From contig CALVNR010000006.1 in the NCBI GenBank assembly GCA_944349905.1, positions 8,573 to 72,572 on the forward strand: a DNA stretch of 64,000 nt. Reading direction: 5' to 3'. Both the position numbers and the translations under genes were made by a program. Positions 10,030 to 20,878 of the stretch are shown piece after piece (within the stretch, counting starts at the first letter, position 1; each line of letters begins with the position of its first letter). The notes beneath the pieces were generated by a model that saw only the letters and a list, made by a program, of their open reading frames with translations, was not told the DNA's origin and searched no databases. The DNA comes from an uncultured Clostridia bacterium (GTDB lineage Bacteria; Bacillota; Clostridia; Christensenellales; UBA1242).

Positions 10030-10400
10030 ACTAAATTTTCCTCTTTATAAAACTTTTTAAAAAGAAGATTTAATTCTTCAAATATTTCTTTATATTCTAA
10101 CTTTGAAGAATTTTCTCTGGCAAGCAAAACATAATTATAATGATTTTTTGCCAAATTATTAATTCTTACAATTTCTTTTAATCTTCTTTTAAGTTTGTTT
10201 CTTTTACAAGCTTTTCCTTGTTTTTTTGAAATAGAATAACCTATTTTGTAATTTTCAAATTTACTTGCAATATAAAATAAAGTAAAATTGTTTGTAGATT
10301 TTTTTTTGCCTTTTTTATAAATGTATGAAAATTGTTTATCTTTTTTAAGTCTATGGTCAGTCCTTACTTTTGTGTTATGCAGAGAGTTTTTTTCTTCCAC
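10026..10400 (-). CDS. rnpA: ribonuclease P protein component
   Basis: Basic 124-aa protein directly after rpmH. It has no internal Met, and its GTG start overlaps the rpmH 3' end by 26 nt. Confidence 0.8.
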   Translation of the reverse strand: MEEKNSLHNTKVRTDHRLKKDKQFSYIYKKGKKKSTNNFTLFYIASKFENYKIGYSISKKQGKACKRNKLKRRLKEIVRINNLAKNHYNYVLLARENSSKLEYKEIFEELNLLFKKFYKEENLV

Positions 10401-10509
10401 GATTTCTTCTTCTTTTTAAAACATTTCTACCGCTTTTAGATTGCATTCTTTTTCTAAAACCATGAACTTTACTTCTTTGTCTTTTCTTAGGTTGATATGT
10501 TCTTTTCAT
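10375..10509 (-). CDS. rpmH: 50S ribosomal protein L34
   Basis: Not in the ORF track (44 aa). My translation is [53 protein letters not shown]. Confidence 0.95.
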   Translation of the reverse strand: MKRTYQPKKRQRSKVHGFRKRMQSKSGRNVLKRRRNRGRKKLSA

Positions 10510-10656
10510 AATTGCCTCCTTTTTTGTTGTAACTACTTTATTATAAAGAATAAATTATATTTTGTCAATTATAATTTTAACTTTTTCCATTATTAATATT
10601 TAACTATCTATCATCATAATTCAATTTTATTAATATATAATATATAGGTGATAAAG

Positions 10657-10968
10657 ATGGACGAAAATTTAAAAAACAAAATTTTAAAGTTATTTCATAA
10701 TAATAAAAATATAACAAAATATTTAAAAGAAGAAAATTATTTCCTTTTGTTTATATTTATGGCAGAAGAAAATGAAATTTCTAAATATATTTCTACTGAT
10801 ACTGTCATAGAATTGACTAGAAAAAACGAAACAGAATCAATACATGAATTTAAATTAGATATAAAAAAACTGCAAATGATAGCAAAAAGAAATAAGGAAA
10901 TTCAAAAAGTTTTTAAAGAATATGAAGATTTTTATAACAACAATACCAAAAATGAAAATTATTTTTAA
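10657..10968 (+). CDS. hypothetical protein
   Basis: ORF with an AGGTGA SD-like box before ATG 10657. No family recognised. Confidence 0.45.
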   Translation: MDENLKNKILKLFHNNKNITKYLKEENYFLLFIFMAEENEISKYISTDTVIELTRKNETESIHEFKLDIKKLQMIAKRNKEIQKVFKEYEDFYNNNTKNENYF

Positions 10969-10993
10969 ACAAAAAAAGTGATTAAATCACTTT

Positions 10994-11524
10994 TTATTTT
11001 TTATTGGTGCTTCCCCAACCTTTATCTCCTCTTTTTGAAGGAATTTTTAAAAGCTTTTCTAAGTCTATTTCTTTTATATTCATGTCTTCTACTCTATGTA
11101 TAACACCTTGTGCAATTGCCTTTTTAGTGCTATATATAAGAGTATCTTTTTTTATTATCTTTTTATATTTTTTTCTAAGTTCTTCTTCAGTTAAATTTGA
11201 AAATATTAAATTATAATTATTTGAATTGGTTATTGCAATTTTTATTTCTCCACGATAACCACTGTCAATTATACCTGCACTTCTTTTTATTCCTTTGCTT
11301 CCTGTTGAAGACCTTTCTTCAATTTGCATATAAAATTCTGGACTACATGCCCATGCTATTGCAGTTGGAATTAACTTTGTTTTGTGTGGTTCAACCAAAA
11401 TATAATCTTCATCAAAACATGCATAAATATCATATCCAGCATTTTCTTTTTCTTTGTTTGGAATAATTGCATTTTCTTTCATTTTTGCAAAATAAACATT
11501 TTTTTCATTTTTAAAATAATCCAT
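10994..11524 (-). CDS. dut: dUTP diphosphatase
   Basis: dUTPase motifs AGYDIY, ERSS and GIIDSGYRGE. Confidence 0.85.
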   Translation of the reverse strand: MDYFKNEKNVYFAKMKENAIIPNKEKENAGYDIYACFDEDYILVEPHKTKLIPTAIAWACSPEFYMQIEERSSTGSKGIKRSAGIIDSGYRGEIKIAITNSNNYNLIFSNLTEEELRKKYKKIIKKDTLIYSTKKAIAQGVIHRVEDMNIKEIDLEKLLKIPSKRGDKGWGSTNKK

Positions 11525-11624
11525 AATTTTTCTCCTTAATTACTAAGAATATTATAACTAAAAATTTAAAACTCTCAAAATTATTTTTATATTTTAAAAA
11601 TAAAAACTGTCATTTTTGACAGTT

Positions 11625-12725
11625 TTATCCAATAACTCTTACAGGTAAAATTAAATATAAAAATTCATCTTCTTCTGTTGGAACAATAACACATGGTGTT
11701 GAAGGTTTGTTAAAACAAATTTTTACAAATTCGTTTGTATTAACTCTTAAACTTTCAAGAAAATATCTTGGATTAAAAGAAATTACCAAATCTTTCCCAG
11801 AAACATTAGCTGGTATGTTTTCTTTTATATTTCCTAAATCGCTATTTGATGTTATACACAAATTGTTTTCTTTTATATCAAATTTAACAAAATTATTTTG
11901 AGATGTTTTTGAAAGAAGTGTTGCTCTTTCAAGTGATTGTTCAAATTGTTCCTTATTTATAATTACAAATGTTTCATAGTTCATAGGAATTATTTGTTTG
12001 TAATTTATATAATCTCCTTCCAATAATCTTGATGTTACTTTTGTATCTCCAAGGTCTACCATTATTGTGTATGTGTCTATATAGATATTTATAGTTTCAT
12101 CGCTATCGTCAATTAATTTGGAAAGTTCACTTAAACTTCTTGCAGGCACAACAATTGATTTCTTTATGTTTGAAACAACATTTTTCTTTACTCTTGCAAG
12201 TCTATAACCATCAAGTGCAACTGCATTTACTTCGTTTTTGTCTATATCAAATAAAACACCTTTTAAAATTGGTCTAGAATCATCAATAGCAACTGAAAAA
12301 ATTGATTTGTTTATGCAAGTTTTAAAATCTTTTTTTGATATTCCAAAATATTCATTTGTTTCAATATTTTTAAAGCCAGGATACTCAACAGGGTTGTAGC
12401 ATTGAATCATACTTTCGCTATCTTCATATTTTATAAGCATTTGATTTTTTTCGTTAACAGAAAGTTGGATTTCTGAATTTGTAAGTTTTTTTACAAACTC
12501 TGTAATAAATCTTCCCGGAACAACAGTTTCACCTTCAATCTTAACATCTGCCTTAATTCTTTTTTCAATAGAAAGCTCACTATCAGTTGCACTCATAATT
12601 AAAGTTCCATCTTCTGCAACAATTTTTATACCTTCCAAAATAGGATTTGTAATTTTGTTTGAAATAGCTTTACTAACTCTCAAAAAAGCTTCTGATAGGT
12701 CAAGTCCTTGACAATTTACTAACAT
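11625..12725 (-). CDS. dnaN: DNA polymerase III beta sliding clamp
   Basis: ~366 aa directly after dnaA, with three-domain clamp length and pattern. Start ATG 12725 behind AAGGAGAA. Confidence 0.9.
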   Translation of the reverse strand: MLVNCQGLDLSEAFLRVSKAISNKITNPILEGIKIVAEDGTLIMSATDSELSIEKRIKADVKIEGETVVPGRFITEFVKKLTNSEIQLSVNEKNQMLIKYEDSESMIQCYNPVEYPGFKNIETNEYFGISKKDFKTCINKSIFSVAIDDSRPILKGVLFDIDKNEVNAVALDGYRLARVKKNVVSNIKKSIVVPARSLSELSKLIDDSDETINIYIDTYTIMVDLGDTKVTSRLLEGDYINYKQIIPMNYETFVIINKEQFEQSLERATLLSKTSQNNFVKFDIKENNLCITSNSDLGNIKENIPANVSGKDLVISFNPRYFLESLRVNTNEFVKICFNKPSTPCVIVPTEEDEFLYLILPVRVIG

Positions 12726-12893
12726 TTTTTTGTTCTCCTTATCAAGAACAATATTAACACATTTTTTTATTTTTATCAACATTTTTTAAGTTTTTAAAAA
12801 ATATTTTTTTATTGTTTTTTGCGCGCGTTTTTTAAATTATTTATATTATAATTTTTGATAAAATAATAATAATTTTAATAAGCAATGTTTAAA

Positions 12894-13015
12894 TGTGGAT
12901 AACTTTTTTGTTATACTATATATAGATTTTTTTTATTATTTTTTATGAAAATTTACTACATATTGTATTGCTAATTTGTGGACAAGTTGTGGATTATTTT
13001 TTCAAGTTATCCACT
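12894..13015. promoter_or_regulatory. DnaA-box cluster in dnaA-dnaN spacer (oriC-type)
   Basis: TGTGGATAA (12894-12902, perfect). TGTGGACAA (12977-12985), TGTGGATTA (12988-12996) and TTATCCACT (13007-13015) each have one mismatch. An extremely AT-rich region lies to the left. Confidence 0.7.
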
Positions 13016-14362
13016 TGTTAACATCTTTTTTATTTCACTTACAAATGATTGAATTTTATGTGATGTTTTTAATTGGTCAGAAATTTTATCGCGAGAGTGC
13101 ATTATTGTTGTATGGTCTCTTCCTCCAAATATTTTTCCAATAGAAACAAGTGGTATTTCAAGTATTTCACTTATAAGATATATAGCTATCATTCTTGGTT
13201 CTACAACGTCTTTACTTTTCTTTTTTCCTATAATATCTTGCTTTGTTATATCAAAATATTTACATACAGTTTCTATAATTTGTTCAGGTGTCAATCCCTC
13301 ATTTTTTTCTTCTTCAATCTGTCCATTAAATGCTTCTCTTGCTTCTTCCATTGTTGCTGAATGCTTTCCTATTAAAGTTGCAAGGAAATAAACTTTTGAA
13401 AGCATGCCTTCAAGTTCTCTTATATTTGTGTTAATTTTTTCTGCTATAAAATCTATAACATCATCATCAATAATATATTTTTCAAGTTGACATTTTTTTC
13501 TTAAAATAGCAATTCTTGTTTCCAAATCAGGTTGTTGTATATCTTGAATAAGGCCACAAGTAAAGCGAGAACGAAGTCTGTCTGCAAGAGTTTCAATATC
13601 TTTTGGAGGTCTATCAGATGATATAATAATTTGTTTGTTGTTTTGATAAAGTTCGTTGAAAGTATGGAAAAATTCTTCTTGTGTTGAAGTTTTTTTAGAA
13701 ATAAATTGAATATCATCTACCATTAAAACATCAAGATTTCTATATTTGTTTCTAAATTCTAGTATTGCTTTGTTTTTAGTGTTTGAGCCTAAACTTTCAA
13801 TGTAATCATTTGCAAATTGTTCGCAAGTTACATACATTACTTTTAAATTTGGATTATATTCATTTATGTAATTTCCTATTGCGTGTAAAAGGTGAGTTTT
13901 ACCAAGTCCAACACCACCATAAATAAACAAAGGATTAAATTTTTCACCAGGATGTTCTGCAACAGCTCTAGATGCAGCATAAACAAATTGATTGCTTTTT
14001 CCAACAACAAAATTATCAAAAGTGTATTTTGAATTAAAAGGGTTTTTATTAACTTCAATTTCTTTTTCAACAGTTTTTTCACCATTTTTCTTTATAAATT
14101 CAATTTCTTCATTAGGGTCCAAAATTTCAATTTCAATACCTTCACCAAAAATATCTTTGATAGATGAAGAAAGTTTTTCAAAATAGTTTCTCAAAATTTG
14201 ATTTTTTGCAGAAGTTGAATTTGTTGCCAAAATAAGTTTTTTGTTTTCTTCTGAATAATCCAAAACCTTTAAAGGTTTAAACCACATAACAAAAGAAACA
14301 TTTGAAACATTTAGTTCAAGTTTATCAAGTACTGCTTTCCATAAAGAATATAAATCATGCAT
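13007..14362 (-). CDS. dnaA: chromosomal replication initiator DnaA
   Basis: Walker A GGVGLGKTHLLHA, AAA+ core, C-terminal DNA-binding helix (GGRDHTTIMHS). Start moved to ATG 14362 (MHDLYSLW...) behind an AGAGG SD. Confidence 0.95.
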   Translation of the reverse strand: MHDLYSLWKAVLDKLELNVSNVSFVMWFKPLKVLDYSEENKKLILATNSTSAKNQILRNYFEKLSSSIKDIFGEGIEIEILDPNEEIEFIKKNGEKTVEKEIEVNKNPFNSKYTFDNFVVGKSNQFVYAASRAVAEHPGEKFNPLFIYGGVGLGKTHLLHAIGNYINEYNPNLKVMYVTCEQFANDYIESLGSNTKNKAILEFRNKYRNLDVLMVDDIQFISKKTSTQEEFFHTFNELYQNNKQIIISSDRPPKDIETLADRLRSRFTCGLIQDIQQPDLETRIAILRKKCQLEKYIIDDDVIDFIAEKINTNIRELEGMLSKVYFLATLIGKHSATMEEAREAFNGQIEEEKNEGLTPEQIIETVCKYFDITKQDIIGKKKSKDVVEPRMIAIYLISEILEIPLVSIGKIFGGRDHTTIMHSRDKISDQLKTSHKIQSFVSEIKKMLTSG

Positions 14363-14442
14363 AATTTTACCTCTTGCTTTTATTTTTAAGTATAACATAA
14401 TGATTATAAAATTTAAAATATGTTTTGTCAACTTAGAGTGAC

Positions 14443-15153
14443 TTAAATTAAAGGTTTTGTTTTTGGTAAATTTTTACCCCTAGGATAAATTTTTGGGGTA
14501 AATTTTATTTTGTTTATTATAAGAATTTTTCTTTCAGCATCTATTTCTTTTATATAAAAAGATTTTATATCACAAATTTTTCCACCTAAAATTTTAATTG
14601 CATTTTGTCCAATATTTATTTCTTCTTCAAGTTTTTGAGACTTATACATAAAAACATTTCCTTCAATTTTTAAAAGAGGCAAAAGATATTCAGCTAAAGT
14701 TGGAATTTGTGCTACTGCACGAGAAACTGCATAGTCAAATTTTTCTCTGTTTTGCAAACAAAAATCTTCAACTCTTGTATGAATTGCTTTTATATTTTTT
14801 AGTTTTAACAAAGATATTATTTCATTTAAAAAATTAACTCTTTTTTGTAAACTATCTATTAGTGTAATATTCAAATCTGGTCTTAATATTTTTAAAGGAA
14901 TACCTGGAAATCCAGCTCCAGAACCGACATCAACGATTGTTGAATTTGTTTTTAATTCTTTATAAGGTAATACACTATCTAAAAAATGTTTGTAAACTAC
15001 ATCTTCAAAGTTGGTGATAGCTGTTAAATTGTACTTTTCATTTTCTTCTACTAAAAAATTAAAGTAAGACAAAAACATATCAATTTGATTTTCATTTAAA
15101 TTGATTTGATAAGTATTAAAAACATCTTTTATAAATTGTTTTTTATCCTGCAT
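14443..15153 (-). CDS. rsmG: 16S rRNA (guanine527-N7)-methyltransferase
   Basis: SAM motif VDVGSGAGFPGIPLKI. Located immediately after mnmG. Confidence 0.9.
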   Translation of the reverse strand: MQDKKQFIKDVFNTYQINLNENQIDMFLSYFNFLVEENEKYNLTAITNFEDVVYKHFLDSVLPYKELKTNSTIVDVGSGAGFPGIPLKILRPDLNITLIDSLQKRVNFLNEIISLLKLKNIKAIHTRVEDFCLQNREKFDYAVSRAVAQIPTLAEYLLPLLKIEGNVFMYKSQKLEEEINIGQNAIKILGGKICDIKSFYIKEIDAERKILIINKIKFTPKIYPRGKNLPKTKPLI

Positions 15154-17016
15154 CTATACATTTTCCTTTGAGAATTTTTTAACCAAAACACTTAAAACAG
15201 CTATATCTGCAGGAGAAACACCAGAAATTCTTGATGCTTGTCCTATATTTAATGGTTTTATTTGTTCAAGTTTTTCAATTGATTCTAGTCTTAAGCCATG
15301 GTATTTTCTATAATCAAAATTATCAGGTATTATTATTTTTTCGTTTTTCTTGAATTTTTCAATTTCTTCTTCTTGTTGTTTTAAATATCCTTCATATTTA
15401 ACCATTATGTTCATTTCATTTATAATATCAAATTCAAAATCATCAAAAACATGAAAATAATTATTTATTTTGAAAGCATCAATATTGCTTCTTTTAAGCA
15501 TATCTTTTATTGTTACGCTTTCTTTTGGCAAACTTTCATTATTTTCCGAATAAAAATCTTTAATTTGTTCAACTTTATATTTTTTGCTTAAAAGAGAAAA
15601 TATATTTGATAGTTTTTCTTTTTTATCTTCAAAAATTTTCCACCTGTTATCGTCTACTAGACCTACTTTTCTTCCAATTTCAGTAAGTCTTAAATCTGCA
15701 TTATCAGAACGCAAAAACAGTCTATATTCTGCTCTTGATGTCATCATTCTATAAGGTTCATTTGTTCCTTTTGTGACTATATCATCAATTAAAACTCCAA
15801 TATATCCATCACTTCTTTTTAAGATAATTTGTTCTTTTCCTTTTAAGTATAAATTTGCGTTTATACCAGCAATTATACCCTGCGCACCAGCTTCTTCGTA
15901 TCCACTTGTTCCATTTATTTGACCAGCAAAAAACAAACCTTTATGATTTTTTAGTTCAAGTGTTGGTAAAAGTTGAGTAGGTTCTATACAGTCATACTCA
16001 ATTGCGTAACTATCTCTCATAATTTCAGCATTTTCAAGACCTGCAACAGAATGAACCATTTTTTCTTGAACATCAACAGGCATTGAAGTTGAAAAACCTT
16101 GAATATAAATTTCATCTGTTGACAAACTTTCTGGTTCTAGAAAAAGTTGATGACGGTCTTTATCTGCAAATCTTACAATTTTTGTTTCAATAGAAGGGCA
16201 ATATCTTGGGCCAATACCTTTTATAAGTCCTGAAAAAACAGGAGCTTTATCAAGATTTTCTTTTATTATTTCATGCGTTTTTTCATTTGTGTAAGTTAAA
16301 TAACAAACCGCTTTATTATTTGGTTTTGTTTTAGTTATAAATGAAAAATTTTGTATATTGTCTTCCCCATTTTGAATTTCAAGTTTTGAAAAATCTACAC
16401 TTCTGCCATTTATTCTTGCAGGAGTTCCTGTTTTAAAACGCAACAATTTTATTCCAAGTTCTTTTAAAGAATCTGAAAGTTTTTGAGCATTTGCAAAACC
16501 ATTTGGACCAACATCTTTTGTATAAGAACCAATAATTATTCTACTTTTAAGATAAACACCTGTTGCAAAAACAATTGCTCTGCACAAGTATTTTTTACCA
16601 ACAGCAGTTTCAACAATTTTTGTTCCGTCTTCATTTTCTTTTATACAAACAGCTTCACCTTGTCTTAAAAACAGATTTTCTGTTTTTTCCAAAGTTTTCT
16701 TCATTTGGTTGTGATATTCAATTTTATCTGCTTGTGCTCTTAAACTTTGAACTGCTGGACCTTTACCACGATTAAGCATACGAAGTTGTATAAGTGTTTT
16801 ATCAGTGTTTACACCCATTTCTCCACCAAGAGCATCAATTTCACATACCAGTTGACCTTTTGCTGTCCCGCCAATAGAAGGATTGCATGCCAAAAATGCC
16901 ACTGAATCCAAATTCAATGACAACAAAAGTGTTTTATTACCTGTTCTTGCAAGTGCAAGTCCAGCTTCACAACCAGCATGACCAGCACCTATAACTACTG
17001 CATCAAAAAATTCCAT
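15154..17016 (-). CDS. mnmG: tRNA uridine 5-carboxymethylaminomethyl modification enzyme MnmG
   Basis: 620 aa with FAD motif VIGAGHAGCEA and conserved GidA core. Confidence 0.93.
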   Translation of the reverse strand: MEFFDAVVIGAGHAGCEAGLALARTGNKTLLLSLNLDSVAFLACNPSIGGTAKGQLVCEIDALGGEMGVNTDKTLIQLRMLNRGKGPAVQSLRAQADKIEYHNQMKKTLEKTENLFLRQGEAVCIKENEDGTKIVETAVGKKYLCRAIVFATGVYLKSRIIIGSYTKDVGPNGFANAQKLSDSLKELGIKLLRFKTGTPARINGRSVDFSKLEIQNGEDNIQNFSFITKTKPNNKAVCYLTYTNEKTHEIIKENLDKAPVFSGLIKGIGPRYCPSIETKIVRFADKDRHQLFLEPESLSTDEIYIQGFSTSMPVDVQEKMVHSVAGLENAEIMRDSYAIEYDCIEPTQLLPTLELKNHKGLFFAGQINGTSGYEEAGAQGIIAGINANLYLKGKEQIILKRSDGYIGVLIDDIVTKGTNEPYRMMTSRAEYRLFLRSDNADLRLTEIGRKVGLVDDNRWKIFEDKKEKLSNIFSLLSKKYKVEQIKDFYSENNESLPKESVTIKDMLKRSNIDAFKINNYFHVFDDFEFDIINEMNIMVKYEGYLKQQEEEIEKFKKNEKIIIPDNFDYRKYHGLRLESIEKLEQIKPLNIGQASRISGVSPADIAVLSVLVKKFSKENV

Positions 17017-17090
17017 AATACCTCATTTTACTCAAATATTATAATACAAATAATTTATTTAATCAATAAAAAAATCCTTGGTTGCAAGGA

Positions 17091-17699
17091 TTAATTTAAT
17101 TTTTCTAGTAGACTTTTTTTGCTTTTTAATAAACTTTTTTCTTTTTCATTTTCATTTTCGTTGTTATTTTGATTTTCATTTATATTTTCTTTTATCTCAG
17201 TTTGTTCTATTTCTTGACTTTCAAGTTCTATTTCTAAATCATCGTTTTCTGTTAAATTTACTAGATATTGATATAATTTATCAAAGTTGTTTCCGTTTAA
17301 GTCTAGATAGAAACATCTTCCATTATAAGTTCCATCATTGCCTCTTATGATATTTACGCCGTAGCAATCTTCTTTTATTTCAATTAAAAGACTGTCAAAG
17401 GGCATTTCATTTATTATGATTGTTTCATCATAAACAAATTTAAGCCAAAGACCAGTTTTCATTGCTTCTTTGGTTAGAGAATCTATACTTACTCCAAAAG
17501 CAGGCATAGATAATGCTTCACTTATAGATTCATAAAATAATGAATCAATTTCATCTAGTTGAGATGAAGAAATTTCAATTTGATTGCCGTCTTTATAAAA
17601 TTCTATCATAGTTGCCTCGCTAAATAAGTCTAACACAACATTAGATTGAGAACAAAACAAAATTGGCAAAGTTAAAAATAAGAAAATAAATCTAAACAT
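17091..17699 (-). CDS. secreted hypothetical protein with acidic Asn/Glu-rich tail
   Basis: N-terminal signal-peptide-like MFRFIFLFLTLPILFC. C-terminal ENINENQNNNENENEKEK low-complexity tail. Confidence 0.55.
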   Translation of the reverse strand: MFRFIFLFLTLPILFCSQSNVVLDLFSEATMIEFYKDGNQIEISSSQLDEIDSLFYESISEALSMPAFGVSIDSLTKEAMKTGLWLKFVYDETIIINEMPFDSLLIEIKEDCYGVNIIRGNDGTYNGRCFYLDLNGNNFDKLYQYLVNLTENDDLEIELESQEIEQTEIKENINENQNNNENENEKEKSLLKSKKSLLEKLN

Positions 17700-17747
17700 A
17701 AAAACCTCTTTTCATTATTTTGTAGAAAAGAGATTTTTTTATGCAGT

Positions 17748-18053
17748 TTACATTTGTAAATTTCTATTGTAAAGATCCTCAATGTTGTTTTCAAAGTCTT
17801 TGTTTGAAAAATGATTGTTAAAAGTTAAACAATATCCAGACTTATTGTCGCCGTCAATGATACTTGTATTTTTAAATTCTTCTATAACAGAAGAAACAAG
17901 TTTTTCTATATTTTCATTTGATAAAGAGATTTTTCTCTTTTTGAAAATTTTTTGAGTTAATAAAACTATCTTGCTTAAAGAAAATGAACGGTTTGTAGAT
18001 AAAATAATTGCATTTATTAAACTTTTTTCTTTTGTTAAAATATTTTTTGACAT
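17748..18053 (-). CDS. hypothetical protein
   Basis: Start set to ATG 18053 behind AGGAG. No family recognised. Confidence 0.45.
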   Translation of the reverse strand: MSKNILTKEKSLINAIILSTNRSFSLSKIVLLTQKIFKKRKISLSNENIEKLVSSVIEEFKNTSIIDGDNKSGYCLTFNNHFSNKDFENNIEDLYNRNLQM

Positions 18054-18193
18054 ACTTGCTCCTATAAATATTAAATCACATATAATAGTTGTTGTCAATA
18101 ATAATTTTTATTAAAATAAAAACAAAATGTAAATATAAATGTTTGACTTAAAAAAATCAAAAATGTATAATTTTGGTGAACATGGAGGATAAA

Positions 18194-20455
18194 ATGAAAA
18201 CAATAGTAAATTTAGAAAAAGTTGACCCTTGGAAAGGATTTAAAGGAGAAACATGGCAAAAAGAAATTAATGTTTCTGACTTTATTGACAACAACTATAA
18301 AGAATATAAAGGTGATGATTCTTTCTTGCAAGGAAAGAGCAAAAAAACTACAAAAGTTTGGGCAAAATGTGAAAAACTTTTACTTAAAGAATTAAAAGAA
18401 GGATGTTTAGATGTAGATACTAAACATGTTTCTGGTATTGATAATTTTGATGCTGGTTATATTGATAAGAAAAATGAAGTAATAGTTGGACTTCAAACAG
18501 ATGCACCACTTAAAAGAATTGTAAATCCTTTTGGTGGATTTAGAATGGTTGAACAGTCTTTAAAAGCTTACAATAGAAAATTTGATAAAAATCTTGAAAG
18601 TTATTTTTTAAATGGAATTAGAAAAACTCATAATGATGGTGTTTTTGATGCTTACACTCCTGACATAAGAAAAGCAAGAAGTGCTGGTCTTATTACTGGT
18701 CTTCCAGATGCCTATGGAAGAGGTAGAATTATTGGAGATTATAGAAGAGTTGCTCTTTATGGAATTGACAGACTTATTGAAGAAAAGAAAAAAGATTTGC
18801 TTAGCGAAAAACTTTTAAATATTGATAGCGAAGAAATTATTCGTTTAAGAGAGGAAGTTAACGAACAAATAAAGGCTCTTGAAAAAATCAAAAGCATGGC
18901 AAAAAGATATGGCTATGATATTTCTCTTCCTGCAAAAAATGCACATGAAGCTTTTCAATGGACTTACTTTGGTTATCTTGCTTCTGTAAAAGAAAATAAT
19001 GGTGCAGCTATGAGTCTTGGCAGAGTTTCAACTTTCCTTGATGTTTATATTGAAAGAGATATGAAAAATGGTCTTTTAAACGAAGAACAAGCACAAGAAC
19101 TTGTTGACCAATTTACTATAAAATTAAGACTTGTTCGTCATTTAAGAACACCTGAATATGATGAAATTTTCGCAGGAGACCCAACTTGGGTTACCGAAAG
19201 TATTGGTGGTATGCTTGATGACAAAAAGAGCTTGGTTACAAAAAACAGTTTTAGATTTTTGCATAGTCTTATAAATCTTGACCCAAGTCCAGAACCAAAC
19301 TTAACAGTTTTATGGTCAACAAAATTGCCTACAAACTTTAAAAAGTTCTGTGCAAAAATTTCTATTCTTACAGACAGTATTCAATATGAAAGTGATGATG
19401 TTATGAAACCTATTTATGGACATGACTATGCAATTGCTTGTTGCGTCTCTGCAATGAAAATAGGAAAACAAATGCAATTCTTTGGTGCAAGATGCAATTT
19501 AGCAAAATCGTTACTTTATTCAATAAACGAAGGAAAGGACGAAAAAAGCGGAAAAACTGTTGTTGATGGAATAAAACCAATCAAAGACAAAGTTTTATCT
19601 TATGATAAAGTTAAAAAATCTTATTTTGAAACTCTTGAAAAAGTTGCAAAAACTTATGTTGATGCGATGAATATAATTCACTTTATGCACGATAAATATG
19701 CTTATGAAGCAGGACAAATGGCATTGCATGACACAACAGTTGACAGACTTATGGCATTTGGTATTGCAGGTCTTTCTGTTGCAACAGATTCTCTTTCTGC
19801 TATTAAATATGCAAAAGTAACTCCTATAAGAAATGAACAGGGTATTGCAGTAGATTTCAAAATTGACGGCGACTATCCAAAATATGGTAATGACGATGAT
19901 AATGTTGACCAAATTGCTGTTGAAATAGTAAAACATTTTATCTCTTGTTTAAAGAAAAACAAACTTTATAGAAATGCTCACCATACTTTGAGTGCACTTA
20001 CTATTACTTCAAATGTTATGTATGGAAAGAAAACAGGAAACACACCAGACGGAAGAAAAGCAGGTTGTCCTTTTGCACCAGGAGCAAATCCAATGCATGG
20101 AAGAGATAGTTCAGGCGCTCTTGCTTCATTAAACTCTGTTGCAAAAATACCATATTGCGATTGCTGTCAAGATGGAGTATCAAACACTTTCTCAATAGTT
20201 CCAAATGTTCTTGGTCACAGTGATGAAGGAAGAATTAAAAATCTTGTTGGTATCCTTGATGGATATTTCAAACAAGGTGCACAACACATCAATGTTAATG
20301 TTTTAAACAGAGAAAAACTTATTGATGCAATGGAACATCCAGAAAAATATCCAACACTTACAATAAGAGTTTCAGGATATGCTGTAAACTTCAACAAACT
20401 TTCTCGTGCTCATCAAGAAGAAGTTATTGCAAGAACATTCCATGAAAAAGTTTAA
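18194..20455 (+). CDS. pflB: formate C-acetyltransferase (pyruvate formate-lyase)
   Basis: Glycyl-radical motif RVSGYAV near the C-terminus and catalytic Cys pair IACCVSAM. Start ATG 18194 behind GGAGGA. Confidence 0.95.
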   Translation: MKTIVNLEKVDPWKGFKGETWQKEINVSDFIDNNYKEYKGDDSFLQGKSKKTTKVWAKCEKLLLKELKEGCLDVDTKHVSGIDNFDAGYIDKKNEVIVGLQTDAPLKRIVNPFGGFRMVEQSLKAYNRKFDKNLESYFLNGIRKTHNDGVFDAYTPDIRKARSAGLITGLPDAYGRGRIIGDYRRVALYGIDRLIEEKKKDLLSEKLLNIDSEEIIRLREEVNEQIKALEKIKSMAKRYGYDISLPAKNAHEAFQWTYFGYLASVKENNGAAMSLGRVSTFLDVYIERDMKNGLLNEEQAQELVDQFTIKLRLVRHLRTPEYDEIFAGDPTWVTESIGGMLDDKKSLVTKNSFRFLHSLINLDPSPEPNLTVLWSTKLPTNFKKFCAKISILTDSIQYESDDVMKPIYGHDYAIACCVSAMKIGKQMQFFGARCNLAKSLLYSINEGKDEKSGKTVVDGIKPIKDKVLSYDKVKKSYFETLEKVAKTYVDAMNIIHFMHDKYAYEAGQMALHDTTVDRLMAFGIAGLSVATDSLSAIKYAKVTPIRNEQGIAVDFKIDGDYPKYGNDDDNVDQIAVEIVKHFISCLKKNKLYRNAHHTLSALTITSNVMYGKKTGNTPDGRKAGCPFAPGANPMHGRDSSGALASLNSVAKIPYCDCCQDGVSNTFSIVPNVLGHSDEGRIKNLVGILDGYFKQGAQHINVNVLNREKLIDAMEHPEKYPTLTIRVSGYAVNFNKLSRAHQEEVIARTFHEKV

Positions 20456-20483
20456 TTTTAAAAGATATATATAAAAGGTAAAA

Positions 20484-20723
20484 ATGAAAATAAATAAAAA
20501 CGATTATACCAATTTTATAAAACAAGCAAAATATGATTACGAAAATAAAATTATAGGTGCAGAAAATGGGTTGTATTTTGGCAAAAGTATAAAAGAATTT
20601 TGCGATAGGCAAAAAGAAAAATTTGAAAAGCAAGAAGAAAACAAATATGGTTGCTGTTTAAATTATTCTTTATATTTGCTTTCAAATGAAAGACCAAGAA
20701 TATATCATACACATTGGAATTGA
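20484..20723 (+). CDS. hypothetical protein (possible 5' part of a frameshifted gene)
   Basis: 79-aa ORF between pflB and pflA. It overlaps the next ORF (20686..20877), which lies in a different frame. Confidence 0.35.
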   Translation: MKINKNDYTNFIKQAKYDYENKIIGAENGLYFGKSIKEFCDRQKEKFEKQEENKYGCCLNYSLYLLSNERPRIYHTHWN

Positions 20724-20877
20724 TAAAAACTCTAAAAATAGTTTTATAAAAGAATTTTTGTCAGGTGAAAAAATAAAAGTAAAAAATTTTCAAGATATAT
20801 CAGATAAACAACTTGAAGATATTTTAAAAGTTATTAATGAAAATTTAAACTATGACAATAAAGCAGAAATAGAATAA
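20686..20877 (+). CDS. hypothetical protein (possible 3' part of a frameshifted gene)
   Basis: 63-aa ORF. Its frame is open from 20662, and it ends 1 nt before the pflA start. Confidence 0.35.
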   Translation: MKDQEYIIHIGIDKNSKNSFIKEFLSGEKIKVKNFQDISDKQLEDILKVINENLNYDNKAEIE

Positions 20878-20878
20878 A

